From NCBI GenBank assembly GCA_963765495.1, contig CAVXWP010000007.1, positions 416,001-480,000 of the forward strand: 64,000 bases of DNA. Direction: 5' to 3'. The notes under the pieces were generated by a model, which saw only the letters and a program-made list of their open reading frames with translations, did no database searches and had not been told where the DNA came from. Below are positions 46,363 to 55,805 of the stretch, one piece after another. A program made the position numbers and the translations under genes. Position 1 is the first letter of the stretch. Each line of letters opens with the position of its first letter. The stretch comes from Blastocatellia bacterium (GTDB taxonomy: Bacteria > Acidobacteriota > Blastocatellia > UBA7656).

Positions 46363-49122
46363 GGCGAGAGCCGCGTCGCATAAGGCGATCTGCCGCTTTA
46401 TCTCTATTATTTCATTATCACCCGTGCCGAGAGCCGTGAGCACATCCAGGCTCTTTTGAAACCAGACGCGGGCCTCGCGCCAGTGCTCGATTTGTTTGGC
46501 TGCTGCAAACCTTGTCTCTGTGGCAAGCCTCGCGTGTCCTTTGCCAAGGGTGGCATAAGAGGAGGCCAACGCCGCGCGAGTCTCTGCGTTGGAAGGGTCG
46601 GCATTTGAAAGGGCCTCGAAGGACTGGCGGGCTCTTCCCATGTACTCAAACCCCTTCTGGGTGTCGCTCGCTCTGACCAGTACGAGACCCATTTTTGAGA
46701 AGGTGTCGGCGAGCTTGCTGCTCACTTCCGTGTTGTCGGGGTTTTCTGTCGTAAGGGCTTCAAGAATGCCGAGCGCCTTATTGTAATTCTCAAGCGATTC
46801 TTTGAGTCTGGCCGATTTATCGAAGATGTCGGCCAGGTTGCCGTAGCTGTAGGCGAGATCAAGCCGCGCATCGGCGTTTGAAGGATCGGCTTCGGCAAGC
46901 TCTACGTCAATGGCCAGGGCTTTGTGTTGAGAATCGAGCGCGCCCGTCATATCGCCCGTACCCGATAGCGCGTCTGCTATCTTCTCAAAACTCGTGGCCA
47001 GATCGCGCCGGGCTTCGCGGTTGGTAGGGTCTTGTTTTGTAAGCGCGTCTCGGATGGCAAAAGCCTTGCGATAATTTTCAAGCGCCCCCGCGAAATCGCC
47101 GGTTTCCTGGAGTCTTCCGCCGATCTTGTTTTGAAAGACCGACAGATCGCGGCTGAATTGCGCATTGGCCGGATCGGTGCTCGACAGGGATTCGGCTATG
47201 GTTTCACCCTTGCGGTATACCGCGAGCGCCTCCGCGCCCGCGCCCGTGATTTCGAGCATCTCGCCGTTTTTCAGATAGCTGATCAAAAGCGTGCGACGGG
47301 CCTGTATGTTTTCGGGATCGGCTGCGGCAAGCGCCTCCGACAATTCCATAGACTTGTGATGGTTGGCGAGCGCGCCTACGGTATCCCCGGTCGCAGAAAG
47401 CAGGTCGCCCAGTCGTTCGTAGGCTATCAGCAAATCTCTGCGAAGCTCGGGATTTGTCGAGTCGTTTTTTACCAGCGCCTGGTTGATTGCAAGCGCCTTT
47501 TCGTAACTCGTTCTCGCGCCGCTTATATCGCCGAGATTCGCGTCATACGGATACCCCTGAACATCGCCGACTTTTAGATAAGCCTTTGCCAGTTCCCTCT
47601 GAAGCGACGGATCGGTTGATGATTCCTCGGCGAGGCTGTCGAGATATTCGAGCGCCCTCTTTACAAGCAGTTCCCGCACGCTTGTAGAGCCGGGAAGCTT
47701 CTCTATCCCGTCGTGAATCTCGAACATGAAGGAGTTGGCAAGTTTGCGAACATCGTTAAAACGACGTTCGGCTTTCATTCGCTCGGCCCTGGCTCTGTAG
47801 GCCTGCCACGTAGTGGTTGCAATCCCGCCGACGAGCGTCAGAAGTATCAGCGCGGCGGCCACAACGGCGGCTCTATGACGCTTGAGGAATTTTGCCGCCA
47901 GATAAGGAACCGTCTCTTTCGACGCTCTGACGGGCAGGCCTTCCAGATGTCGCTCGATGTCTTCGGAAAGCTGTTCGGCCGAACTGTAGCGCCGTTCCGG
48001 CTCTTTGCGCATGGCCATCAGGACTATGTTATCGAGATCGCCTCTCAATCGGCGGCGCAGCTTATCCACATGCGGAGCATTTGTTTTGTCGGTAGTTACG
48101 ACCGCGTCGTGGCTGGTGCTGCTGGTGCCGGGGGGGTGCGCAATGCGTGTGACGGCGGTGCTCGGCTTATCGGGGTCCTGCTCGCAAATGAGCCGGTATA
48201 TCTCCTGCGGCGCGTAGTTCGTGATGCGATAAGGCCGCTGGCCGGTCAGCAATTCGTAGAGCAGGACTCCGAGCGAATAGATGTCGCTCGCCGTAGTGAT
48301 CGTCTCGCTTCTGACCTGTTCCGGGCTGGCATATTGAGGTGTCATTACCTGCCCGGCGGTTTCGGGCGCAAGCGTCTGAAAGTACAACTCCGGCTTTAAC
48401 AGTTTGGCTATCCCGAAATCTAGCAGCTTAACAGTGCCGTCGTTTGTGACCAGAATATTGCTTGGCTTTATGTCACGATGGACCACGAGGTTTTGATGAG
48501 CGTACTGCACGGCGGAGCAGACCTTGCGAAAGAGCTTCAGCCGCTCGTTTATAGTCAGGTCATTCGAGCGCGAATATTCGGTGATCGTCCGGCCTTCGAT
48601 GTACTCCATTACATAATAGGGCCGTCCGTCGGCTGTAGCGCCTCCGTCAAACAGCCTGGCTATGTGCGGATGATCGAGCGAGGCAAGTATCTGCCGTTCG
48701 TAACGGAAACGCCTTATAATGTCGTCAGTGTCCATGCCCCGCTTGAGAAGTTTGATCGCTACACGCTTTTGATACTGGTCGTCGTCGCGGACTGCGAGAT
48801 AGACCGTTCCCATGCCGCCCTGCCCGATCACTCTGACAAGCTTGTAAGGACCTATATAAGCTTCTGTTTTTAAGCCTGAGCGGTAATTTGAGGGCAGTTC
48901 GAAAGCCGTATCTCCTGCAAACAGTTCTATAGTGGGATCGGAATCCAAACCCGAATCGTGGATTTCGGTTTGTGCCTCGGGGGCGACCACGGTTTCAGCC
49001 TCACAGATTGCAGCCGAATCATCCAAACGGATTTTCTCAGGCGCATCCGTAGGCAGACGGGGCTCAAATGTGCGGCCCGTCTTAAATGTTCCCTCTATCT
49101 CTTCCCTGTTTTTGTCCGCCAT
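46354..49122 (-). CDS. Ser/Thr protein kinase with one TM helix and C-terminal TPR array
   Basis: IGQGGMGTVY, VAIK, HRDIKPSN, DFGIAK, TPQYASPEQ, DLDNIVLMAMRKEPERRY; TM; TPRs. Confidence 0.95.
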   Translation of the reverse strand: MADKNREEIEGTFKTGRTFEPRLPTDAPEKIRLDDSAAICEAETVVAPEAQTEIHDSGLDSDPTIELFAGDTAFELPSNYRSGLKTEAYIGPYKLVRVIGQGGMGTVYLAVRDDDQYQKRVAIKLLKRGMDTDDIIRRFRYERQILASLDHPHIARLFDGGATADGRPYYVMEYIEGRTITEYSRSNDLTINERLKLFRKVCSAVQYAHQNLVVHRDIKPSNILVTNDGTVKLLDFGIAKLLKPELYFQTLAPETAGQVMTPQYASPEQVRSETITTASDIYSLGVLLYELLTGQRPYRITNYAPQEIYRLICEQDPDKPSTAVTRIAHPPGTSSTSHDAVVTTDKTNAPHVDKLRRRLRGDLDNIVLMAMRKEPERRYSSAEQLSEDIERHLEGLPVRASKETVPYLAAKFLKRHRAAVVAAALILLTLVGGIATTTWQAYRARAERMKAERRFNDVRKLANSFMFEIHDGIEKLPGSTSVRELLVKRALEYLDSLAEESSTDPSLQRELAKAYLKVGDVQGYPYDANLGDISGARTSYEKALAINQALVKNDSTNPELRRDLLIAYERLGDLLSATGDTVGALANHHKSMELSEALAAADPENIQARRTLLISYLKNGEMLEITGAGAEALAVYRKGETIAESLSSTDPANAQFSRDLSVFQNKIGGRLQETGDFAGALENYRKAFAIRDALTKQDPTNREARRDLATSFEKIADALSGTGDMTGALDSQHKALAIDVELAEADPSNADARLDLAYSYGNLADIFDKSARLKESLENYNKALGILEALTTENPDNTEVSSKLADTFSKMGLVLVRASDTQKGFEYMGRARQSFEALSNADPSNAETRAALASSYATLGKGHARLATETRFAAAKQIEHWREARVWFQKSLDVLTALGTGDNEIIEIKRQIALCDAALADR

Positions 49123-49331
49123 ACATCCTTAAATCAAACCGCGTGAACCTGGGGCCAGGATATTCAGTTCCGACAATTGAAATGATAAGTGTGGCGGGCA
49201 TCCAACATCAAGTATTTACTATGAGAGCAAATATCGAGATCGCTGATTGACGAATTATTTTGTAGACTCGGTCATCTGAGTTGTCAAATCTCATACCTGA
49301 AATCTCAACTGAGGCAAATCTGTTGAGCCAT

Positions 49332-49385
49332 AGAAAAAAGGCCGATGCGACGGCTCAGAAATGAACCGCAACGCATCAGCCTTCT
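49332..49385 (-). terminator. Probable intrinsic terminator of the small membrane protein gene
   Basis: Minus strand AGGCTGATGCGTTGCGG...CCGTCGCATCGGCC followed by TTTTTT. Confidence 0.6.
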
Positions 49386-49428
49386 GTTAAGGCAGTCCTT
49401 GTTAGACCAATATCTTTGATTGGTCTTA

Positions 49429-49578
49429 TTAAACCACGGTTCTGCGTCCGCCTATAAGGTTGAATATCAGCACGATGGCCGCTACTACGAGCAGCAGGTG
49501 AATCAAGCTGCCCCCGATGTGGCCAATCAACCCGAGCAACCACAACACCAAAAGAATTACAAAAATTGTCCAAAGCAT
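49429..49578 (-). CDS. lmo0937-family (DUF5670-like) 49-aa membrane protein, below the ORF-track cutoff
   Basis: Manual translation MLWTIFVILLVLWLLGLIGHIGGSLIHLLLVVAAIVLIFNLIGGRRTVV; GGAGGG RBS. Confidence 0.9.
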   Translation of the reverse strand: MLWTIFVILLVLWLLGLIGHIGGSLIHLLLVVAAIVLIFNLIGGRRTVV

Positions 49579-49678
49579 AGTTTCCCTCCATTCCTAGAAC
49601 TTAATTATTTTGCCCCGCGTCAAACGCCTAAAGATGCTCAACGCATAACCCCTTTCGCATAACTTACGCCTGTTAAAT

Positions 49679-49694
49679 AGCAATGATCGTGCCA
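49679..49694 (-). promoter_or_regulatory. Sigma-54 (-24/-12) promoter
   Basis: Minus strand TGGCACG-ATCA-TTGCT, a perfect consensus match about 100 bp upstream of the lmo0937-like gene. Confidence 0.8.
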
Positions 49695-49875
49695 CCCGAT
49701 GTTTGATCCTCTCTATTTACGGTTATCTCGCAATACCGACCCTTTTGCCCCTTTCATACTCGCCTAAACGGAGATAGGTCTATGAGAATCGTATAGCTTT
49801 CCTACAGAAGAACTGAATGGTGTGTATCAAATGTCGGAGCGGACCGGCGAGGGTGAATGGACCTGCTTATCGAGT

Positions 49876-50676
49876 TTAAGCGCGTTCAGAGGTGTGTGTA
49901 GAGACGGGCAGGAAGAGTTTTTCCTCTTCTGAATAGATAAAGACAGTCACCTTTATCTCTCGGTCGGAGACCTCGATCAGGTTGTAGGAATTTTTAAGGG
50001 CTTCCGCGCCTCTGCCTCGAAGGGAAGCGACTGTGCCCGCCTGTACCAGCAGCAGGCTTCGTGACAGGCGTGGATAGATGGACTTCAAATCCACGATATA
50101 GGATTGATGCAGATGGCCGGTCAGGACCATATCGACCCGGCATTCATCAAACAGGTTGAGCGCCCGCTCAAGCCCGCCCACGGTCTCCTCGTGTTCAAAG
50201 CCCGGCGGTTGAGCGAACGGATGATGCGCGACGATCACTTTGCAGACCGCTTCGGGCAAGGGGCAAAACCGCGCTCGCATTATACCGAGGCTGTTGCCGT
50301 CTACGCCGCCGCCTTTGATTGTAAAGCTGCGTGTAGTATCTATACCGAGAACGGCTATCTGATCGTCAAGATATGTCGGGTTGAGATCGGCAGTTATCCA
50401 TCGTTTGTATTTCTCAAGCGGCGAGGCAAATCGACGGACGACGTTCCACAACGGCACGTCATGATTGCCGGGGACGACAATCAGGGGAAGGTTTATGCGA
50501 TCAAGAAAGGCGCGCGCCTGGCGGAATTGCCAGGACCGCGCGCGCTGTGTCAGGTCGCCCGACAGTGCTACGACATCGGGTCTTTGCCGCTCTATTTCTG
50601 ACAGTAATGCTTCGGCGCGATTTGGGGCCTGTGGCCCGCCAAAGTGTATATCGGAAAAATGGAGAATTTTTTTCAT
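49876..50676 (-). CDS. Metallophosphoesterase (calcineurin-like, CpdA-like)
   Basis: SDIHFG, SGDLTQ, PGNHD, AHHP, TGHLH. Confidence 0.92.
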   Translation of the reverse strand: MKKILHFSDIHFGGPQAPNRAEALLSEIERQRPDVVALSGDLTQRARSWQFRQARAFLDRINLPLIVVPGNHDVPLWNVVRRFASPLEKYKRWITADLNPTYLDDQIAVLGIDTTRSFTIKGGGVDGNSLGIMRARFCPLPEAVCKVIVAHHPFAQPPGFEHEETVGGLERALNLFDECRVDMVLTGHLHQSYIVDLKSIYPRLSRSLLLVQAGTVASLRGRGAEALKNSYNLIEVSDREIKVTVFIYSEEEKLFLPVSTHTSERA

Positions 50677-50683
50677 ATCATTT

Positions 50684-50779
50684 GCGATGCGGGATGCGTG
50701 ATACGTGAAATTAATATAGATATCGCAAATCAGGTATTTGCTCGGAAATCACGCATTACGCATCACCTATCACGGTTCA
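50684..50779. repeat. Palindrome of GTGATGC-type heptamers
   Basis: gcgatgcgggatgcgtgatacgtga ... tcacgcattacgcatcacctatcacggttca; ends at the TGA of the lipid kinase gene. Confidence 0.8.
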
Positions 50780-51661
50780 TTTCTCAGGCGCGATTACGCG
50801 CAATCCGCCCGGCAAAACCGAGAAGCGGAGCGGGGTGGAAAGCCTGTACACCTCGCCATCCAATGCGACTTTTACGCGTCTGCTTCGTATCATCACTCTT
50901 AATTCAGTCGCGCAATGACTCTCAAAGCTGTCAGCCTCTTCGGGCTTGAATACGAGAGAGTGAAGCGCAATCTGCACGAGTCCGGCGCGGCCTTCATCCC
51001 GGAGCATGTAAATACCCAGCAAGCCCTCATCCAGTTGCTCGCGCCCGGTCAGGTTGCTCGGCTCAAGCCGGTATTTGTTATTGCTTATCAGCACCATCGG
51101 GCATCGTCTCTTTAGACGGTTGCCGTTGAATTCAGCCGTAATATTCAGATAAGGAAAACGCCTGAAGACCGCAAACGAGGCAACAACGACAGCAGGCCAT
51201 TTGCCTATACGAGACTGCCATACCTGCCGCAGTCGGAGCTGATCCGGGTAAAGCCCCAGGCTGGCATTGTTTATAAAACTGTGTCCGTTGACCTGTCCGA
51301 TGTCCACTCGCCGCGAATGGTCCGAACAAACGAGCGCGATTGCTTTATCCAGATCGAGCGGCACACCAAGATCGCGCGCAAAGTGGTTGAGCGTTCCAAG
51401 AGGAAGCACTCCGAGCGCCTCACTGCGCCCGGCCATTTCAGAGGCCACTGTGCTCAGCGTCCCGTCCCCGCCGCCCGCCGTGATCGTATCATAACCCTGC
51501 GCGAGCAAGGCGCGAACGGCCTTGCGTAAATCCCTGCCTCTCGCTTCGATGACGAGCGCCTCGGTTCCAAGGTCGGCGAAAGCGGCCGTTATCCTGTTCG
51601 AAATCCCGGACCCGATCCCCGAGCCTGCGGCGTTATTTGTGATGACGGCGATTTTTCTCAT
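50777..51661 (-). CDS. Diacylglycerol/lipid kinase family protein
   Basis: AGGGDGTL, LPLGTLNHFARDLG, FINNASLG, VALDGE. Start uncertain (51661, 51697 or 51706). Confidence 0.9.
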   Translation of the reverse strand: MRKIAVITNNAAGSGIGSGISNRITAAFADLGTEALVIEARGRDLRKAVRALLAQGYDTITAGGGDGTLSTVASEMAGRSEALGVLPLGTLNHFARDLGVPLDLDKAIALVCSDHSRRVDIGQVNGHSFINNASLGLYPDQLRLRQVWQSRIGKWPAVVVASFAVFRRFPYLNITAEFNGNRLKRRCPMVLISNNKYRLEPSNLTGREQLDEGLLGIYMLRDEGRAGLVQIALHSLVFKPEEADSFESHCATELRVMIRSRRVKVALDGEVYRLSTPLRFSVLPGGLRVIAPEK

Positions 51662-51934
51662 CCGGCTTACGAAAACATCCGATTTGATTTTATGCATAAA
51701 TTTCACGGCAAATTGATTCTAGTAGAAATTAGCGTGCCGCTGTCTTCAGGTCGCTTTTCGAAAGGGTATTAATGGCCTCTCATTTTCGCTAACCTGTCTC
51801 AATGTTGAGACGGAAATGCGGAGTGTCGGGTTCTGATGAAATCTTCCCGCTCAGTTTGAGCTAAGACATGTGCATAACCGTTCAAGAACGAGTATTCTTG
51901 AATGTGACAGCACAGATTTGCGCGAGGGAAAGCA

Positions 51935-52168
51935 ATGGGAATACGCGACTGGTTTTATCACAGGCATTACTGGGGCATCCCGCACAAGCGCGAGGGTGAC
52001 GACCGCATGATCCAGATATGTTATGAGTGCGGAAAAGAGCGTGAATTCCGACTCGATCTGAGGCCAAGAAACGGCCCCGATCAGGGGTCATCGGAAGATG
52101 AGAACGGCGGCGAGCGAGATACTTATCGAGACGGCGGCGTGTTGAGCGCAAGGCGGCATGCATTCTGA
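51935..52168 (+). CDS. Small hypothetical protein with a His/Cys putative metal-binding motif
   Basis: GAGGGAAAG RBS; HRHYWGIPH...ICYECGKER. Confidence 0.6.
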   Translation: MGIRDWFYHRHYWGIPHKREGDDRMIQICYECGKEREFRLDLRPRNGPDQGSSEDENGGERDTYRDGGVLSARRHAF

Positions 52169-52226
52169 GAGGGTTGGTTGGATTGCAGGCCCCGACCTCA
52201 AAGAACGGAGCCTGCAATGTGAGCTT

Positions 52227-55200
52227 CTACGTACTCATCGTAAAGGTAAATGTCCGGTTAGCGGTGGCCCCGGTCTGATCCGTTACCTTGATTGAGACCA
52301 CATATTTACCCGTCGCACTCGAAACTCCGCTGATCACACCCGTAGAACTATTTAGCGTCAACCCCGGAGGAAGAACTCCTGAAAGTATGCTCCAGGTGTA
52401 AGGGGATGTGCCGCCTTGAGCCGCCAGCGTCAGACTGAACGCTATGTTTCGATGAACAGTGACAAGCTGTGAAGTAGTTATAGTCAGCGTGCCGCCGCCA
52501 CCGCCGCTGGCAACACTGACACTTACATTTGTGCTTGCCGAGCCGAAGTAGGCGGTCCCTTCCTGAATCATCTTCCACTGGAAGTTGTAAGTACCGGCTG
52601 ATGACGGAGCGGTGACGGTGAAATTGAAAGTGACCTGCGAACCGGGGGCAACCGAGGAGGGAAGCGAGACGCGGTTGAAGCCCCAGGTGGTATTGTCCTG
52701 CGGATTCTGCGAGCCCAGCTTGTAGCTGTTTGCCGCCGTCCAGGTAGTCGTTCCGCTGTTGAGCATCGTCACCGACACGCTGTAAGTCTGCCCGGCCGTC
52801 ATCGAAGACGATACCGACTGTGAGACAAACGAAGCGCCGTTTGTGCCGCCGCCGCCACCGCCGCTGCTGATAACGCCTACAACTACATTTGCGCTTGCCA
52901 TTCCGAAGTAGCCGGTCCCTTCCTGAATCATCTGCCACTGGAAGTTGTATGTGCTTACGGTTGACGGAGCGGTGACGGTGAAATTGAAAGTGACCTGCGA
53001 ACCGGGAGCAACCGAGGAGGGAAGCGAGACGCGGTTGAAGCCCCAGGTGGTATTGTCCTGCGGATTCTGCGAGCCCAGCTTGTAGCTGTTTGCCGCCGTC
53101 CAGGTAGTCGTTCCGCTGTTGAGCATCGTCACCGACACGTTGTAAGTCTGTCCGGCTGTCATTGTAGACACCACGGATTGCGAGACAAACGAAGCGCCGT
53201 TTGTACCACCGCCGCCACCGCCGCTGCCTACCTGAATGGCGACGGTTTGCGACAGGTCTCCAAAGTATCCCGTGCCTTCCTTAAGCATCTGCCACTGGAA
53301 GTTGTAAGTACCGGGCGTGGCGGGCGCTCTGACTGTGAATCTAAAGGCTGACTGCGAGCCCGAAGATACGCTCTTAAGTAAAGTGACGCGGTTGAGGCTC
53401 CAGGTAAGGTTATCCTGCGGATTTTGCGAGCCTAGCTTGTAGCCGCCCGATGAAGTCCAGGAACTGGTTCCGGTATTCTTCATCGTAACGGTCACGGTAT
53501 AGCTCTGTCCCGGCATCATCGTAGTAGGCACCGACTGTGACATATACTGAGCGTTGTTAGGTCCGCCGCCGCCGCCGCTGACAACACTGACAGCCACATT
53601 TGTGCTTGCCGAGCCGAAGTAGGCGGTCCCTTCCTGAATCATCTTCCATTGGAAATTGTAAGTACCGGCTGATGACGGAGCGGTGACGGTGAAATTGAAA
53701 GTGACCTGCGAACCGGGGGCAACCGAGGAGGGAAGCGAGACGCGGTTGAAGCCCCAGGTGGTATTGTCCTGCGGATTCTGCGAGCCCAGCTTGTAGCTGT
53801 TTGCCGCCGTCCAGGTAGTCGTTCCGCTGTTGAGCATCGTCACCGACACGCTGTAAGTCTGCCCGGCCGTCATCGAAGACGATACCGACTGTGAGACAAA
53901 CGAAGCGCCGTTTGTGCCGCTTGCGCTCGTAACCTGAATGGCCACATTGGTGGATGCCTGACCAAAGTAGCCTAACCCGGTCTTGTATAGCTGCCACTGG
54001 AAATTATAAGTGCCCGCCGTTGACGGAGCGAATGCGGTGAAGGTGAGATTGAGCTGTTGCCCCGGCGCTATGGTGAACCCGGAGAGTGATACCGTGTTGC
54101 CTCCCCAGGTAATATTATTTGCCGGATTCTGAGACGACACCTTGAACCCTGCGCCGTTGGTCCATGTCTCTGTGCCGCTGTTAAACCAGTTCAATGTCAC
54201 GGTAAACGACTGCCCCGCCTGAACAGTCGACGGAACCGTTTGAGACAGGAACAGTGAATTGGGTTGCACTGCTGCCACTACATCAATCGAAAGGGCCTTA
54301 TCGGCTGTTGCAGACGCGTTGTCGGTGACCCGCACTGTGAAGTTATATGTTCCCTCAGTATTGGGCGTGCCGCTTATGACTCCGAGTGAACTTAAACTGA
54401 GACCGGGCGGCAGGGAACCGGAACCGGGCGCAAGGCTCCAACTGTATGGTGTTGTGCCTCCCGTTGCGACCAGGGTTTGTGAATACGCAACGCCGGGTGT
54501 CCCGCTTAAAAGCGATGTCGTGGTGATGGATAAAGGATTACCGCCCCCGCCTCCCGTACCGGGATAAAGGAAGGTGATTCCATCCATATCGTCTTGTTTG
54601 ATTGAAGCACAACGCCCGTCGAAATGCGCTATGGCATACATCGTAGGGGGACTGGTCTGCGAATGGCCCATCCCCAGAGCGTGCCCAAGCTCGTGCGTTG
54701 TGACCTCTCGGACGTTGCAGTGATTCGAGAAAGAGCAACTGGCATAGGGGTTGAATGATACGAACCCGGCAGTTGCTCTGTGAAAGACTGTGCCGTTTAT
54801 CGTTATCGTAGTCCCGGTCCAGCTCAACCCTCCGAGAGCAAGGGTGCTTTGGCAACCTGTACTTGGCGACCATCGCCCGTCGCATCCGTTGAAGATCATC
54901 GTATTCAATCCGCTGGATGGCGTGCAGGCCCCGGTTGACCCTCCAATGACCACTTGAAGAGGTGACCCGTTGACGTGCGTCCACGCGCCCATCGCCGCCG
55001 TGATGTCATCGTTGATCGTCGCATTGGGCGCGCCAGCCGGATTGACCAGGAAAGTTACGGGCTGTCCGCTGTCAGGCTCGAACCATCGCGGATTTGCCGT
55101 GCTTATCGTAGTAAAGCTCGGCAGTATGCCGCCACGGCTCATCTCCACATCGTATTCCAACGGACGGGCATACATCGCGGCATTGCGATAATAAGTATCC

Positions 55201-55805
55201 TGAAACTGATCGGAACGCGCCTGGTTGGCTGCAAGCCTCGCGCGCACCATATCCATGTAAGCGTAAAACTCCATCTGATCGGTCGAATCGCCGGATTTGT
55301 GAGTCCCCCCTACGTACCGTGGCTCCGTAATGATACGGTCATCTCCGCTTGAACGGACTACCGTTTCCGTGCCTGTTGCCGGGTCTGTCAAGATGGTGAA
55401 TTTGCCGAGAAAGTATTGATGGACTCGAAGACTTCCATCCGGCCATGTCTCCAGATATAACAGCACTCGCTCGCCTACGTTGAATTCGGGAGAGCCATAA
55501 ATAATTTCGCCGCGATCTCCGAACTGGCCTCCTTCTTGTTTTATTACAATCTCCTGTTCTTTTATATCGCCCTTGAGCACGTCCTGCACTCGCAAGGTGA
55601 CGTATGTGTAAACGCGCTCCTGCTTTTCGTCGTAGGCCGTGCCCATCGAGACTACGCCGCCTGTGACGATGGCGCGTGCGCTTATAATCATATCGTCGTC
55701 GGAAGGTATGATGACCGAAATAGAAAAACCTGTCTGGGCGATTCCCAGCAGGCATATGATCAATACGAAGGATTTGAATAGTGAACATCTCAGAACGCGT
55801 TCCAT
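52227..55805 (-). CDS. Secreted matrixin-like (M10/M12) zinc metalloprotease with putative Ig and five NBR1-Ig-like repeats
   Basis: Signal peptide; THELGHALGMGHS plus Met-turn PTMY; repeats NSGTTTW...GSQNPQDNTTWG...GTYNFQWKM; start 55805 after AGGAGG. Confidence 0.88.
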   Translation of the reverse strand: MERVLRCSLFKSFVLIICLLGIAQTGFSISVIIPSDDDMIISARAIVTGGVVSMGTAYDEKQERVYTYVTLRVQDVLKGDIKEQEIVIKQEGGQFGDRGEIIYGSPEFNVGERVLLYLETWPDGSLRVHQYFLGKFTILTDPATGTETVVRSSGDDRIITEPRYVGGTHKSGDSTDQMEFYAYMDMVRARLAANQARSDQFQDTYYRNAAMYARPLEYDVEMSRGGILPSFTTISTANPRWFEPDSGQPVTFLVNPAGAPNATINDDITAAMGAWTHVNGSPLQVVIGGSTGACTPSSGLNTMIFNGCDGRWSPSTGCQSTLALGGLSWTGTTITINGTVFHRATAGFVSFNPYASCSFSNHCNVREVTTHELGHALGMGHSQTSPPTMYAIAHFDGRCASIKQDDMDGITFLYPGTGGGGGNPLSITTTSLLSGTPGVAYSQTLVATGGTTPYSWSLAPGSGSLPPGLSLSSLGVISGTPNTEGTYNFTVRVTDNASATADKALSIDVVAAVQPNSLFLSQTVPSTVQAGQSFTVTLNWFNSGTETWTNGAGFKVSSQNPANNITWGGNTVSLSGFTIAPGQQLNLTFTAFAPSTAGTYNFQWQLYKTGLGYFGQASTNVAIQVTSASGTNGASFVSQSVSSSMTAGQTYSVSVTMLNSGTTTWTAANSYKLGSQNPQDNTTWGFNRVSLPSSVAPGSQVTFNFTVTAPSSAGTYNFQWKMIQEGTAYFGSASTNVAVSVVSGGGGGPNNAQYMSQSVPTTMMPGQSYTVTVTMKNTGTSSWTSSGGYKLGSQNPQDNLTWSLNRVTLLKSVSSGSQSAFRFTVRAPATPGTYNFQWQMLKEGTGYFGDLSQTVAIQVGSGGGGGGTNGASFVSQSVVSTMTAGQTYNVSVTMLNSGTTTWTAANSYKLGSQNPQDNTTWGFNRVSLPSSVAPGSQVTFNFTVTAPSTVSTYNFQWQMIQEGTGYFGMASANVVVGVISSGGGGGGTNGASFVSQSVSSSMTAGQTYSVSVTMLNSGTTTWTAANSYKLGSQNPQDNTTWGFNRVSLPSSVAPGSQVTFNFTVTAPSSAGTYNFQWKMIQEGTAYFGSASTNVSVSVASGGGGGTLTITTSQLVTVHRNIAFSLTLAAQGGTSPYTWSILSGVLPPGLTLNSSTGVISGVSSATGKYVVSIKVTDQTGATANRTFTFTMST
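52527..53920 (-). repeat. Three near-identical ~320-bp coding repeats (52527-52849, 52887-53209, 53598-53920) plus one diverged copy between them
   Basis: By eye the first and last copies differ at only two synonymous positions. Confidence 0.92.

Noticed and set aside
34251-49122. ECF sigma factor and TPR kinase as a cognate pair
   Set aside because: They are about 11 kb apart with unrelated genes between; nothing in the sequence links them.
52527-53920. Near-identical repeats as a DGR template/variable pair
   Set aside because: Differences are few, synonymous and not adenine-specific; all copies are in frame in one CDS; no reverse transcriptase is present.
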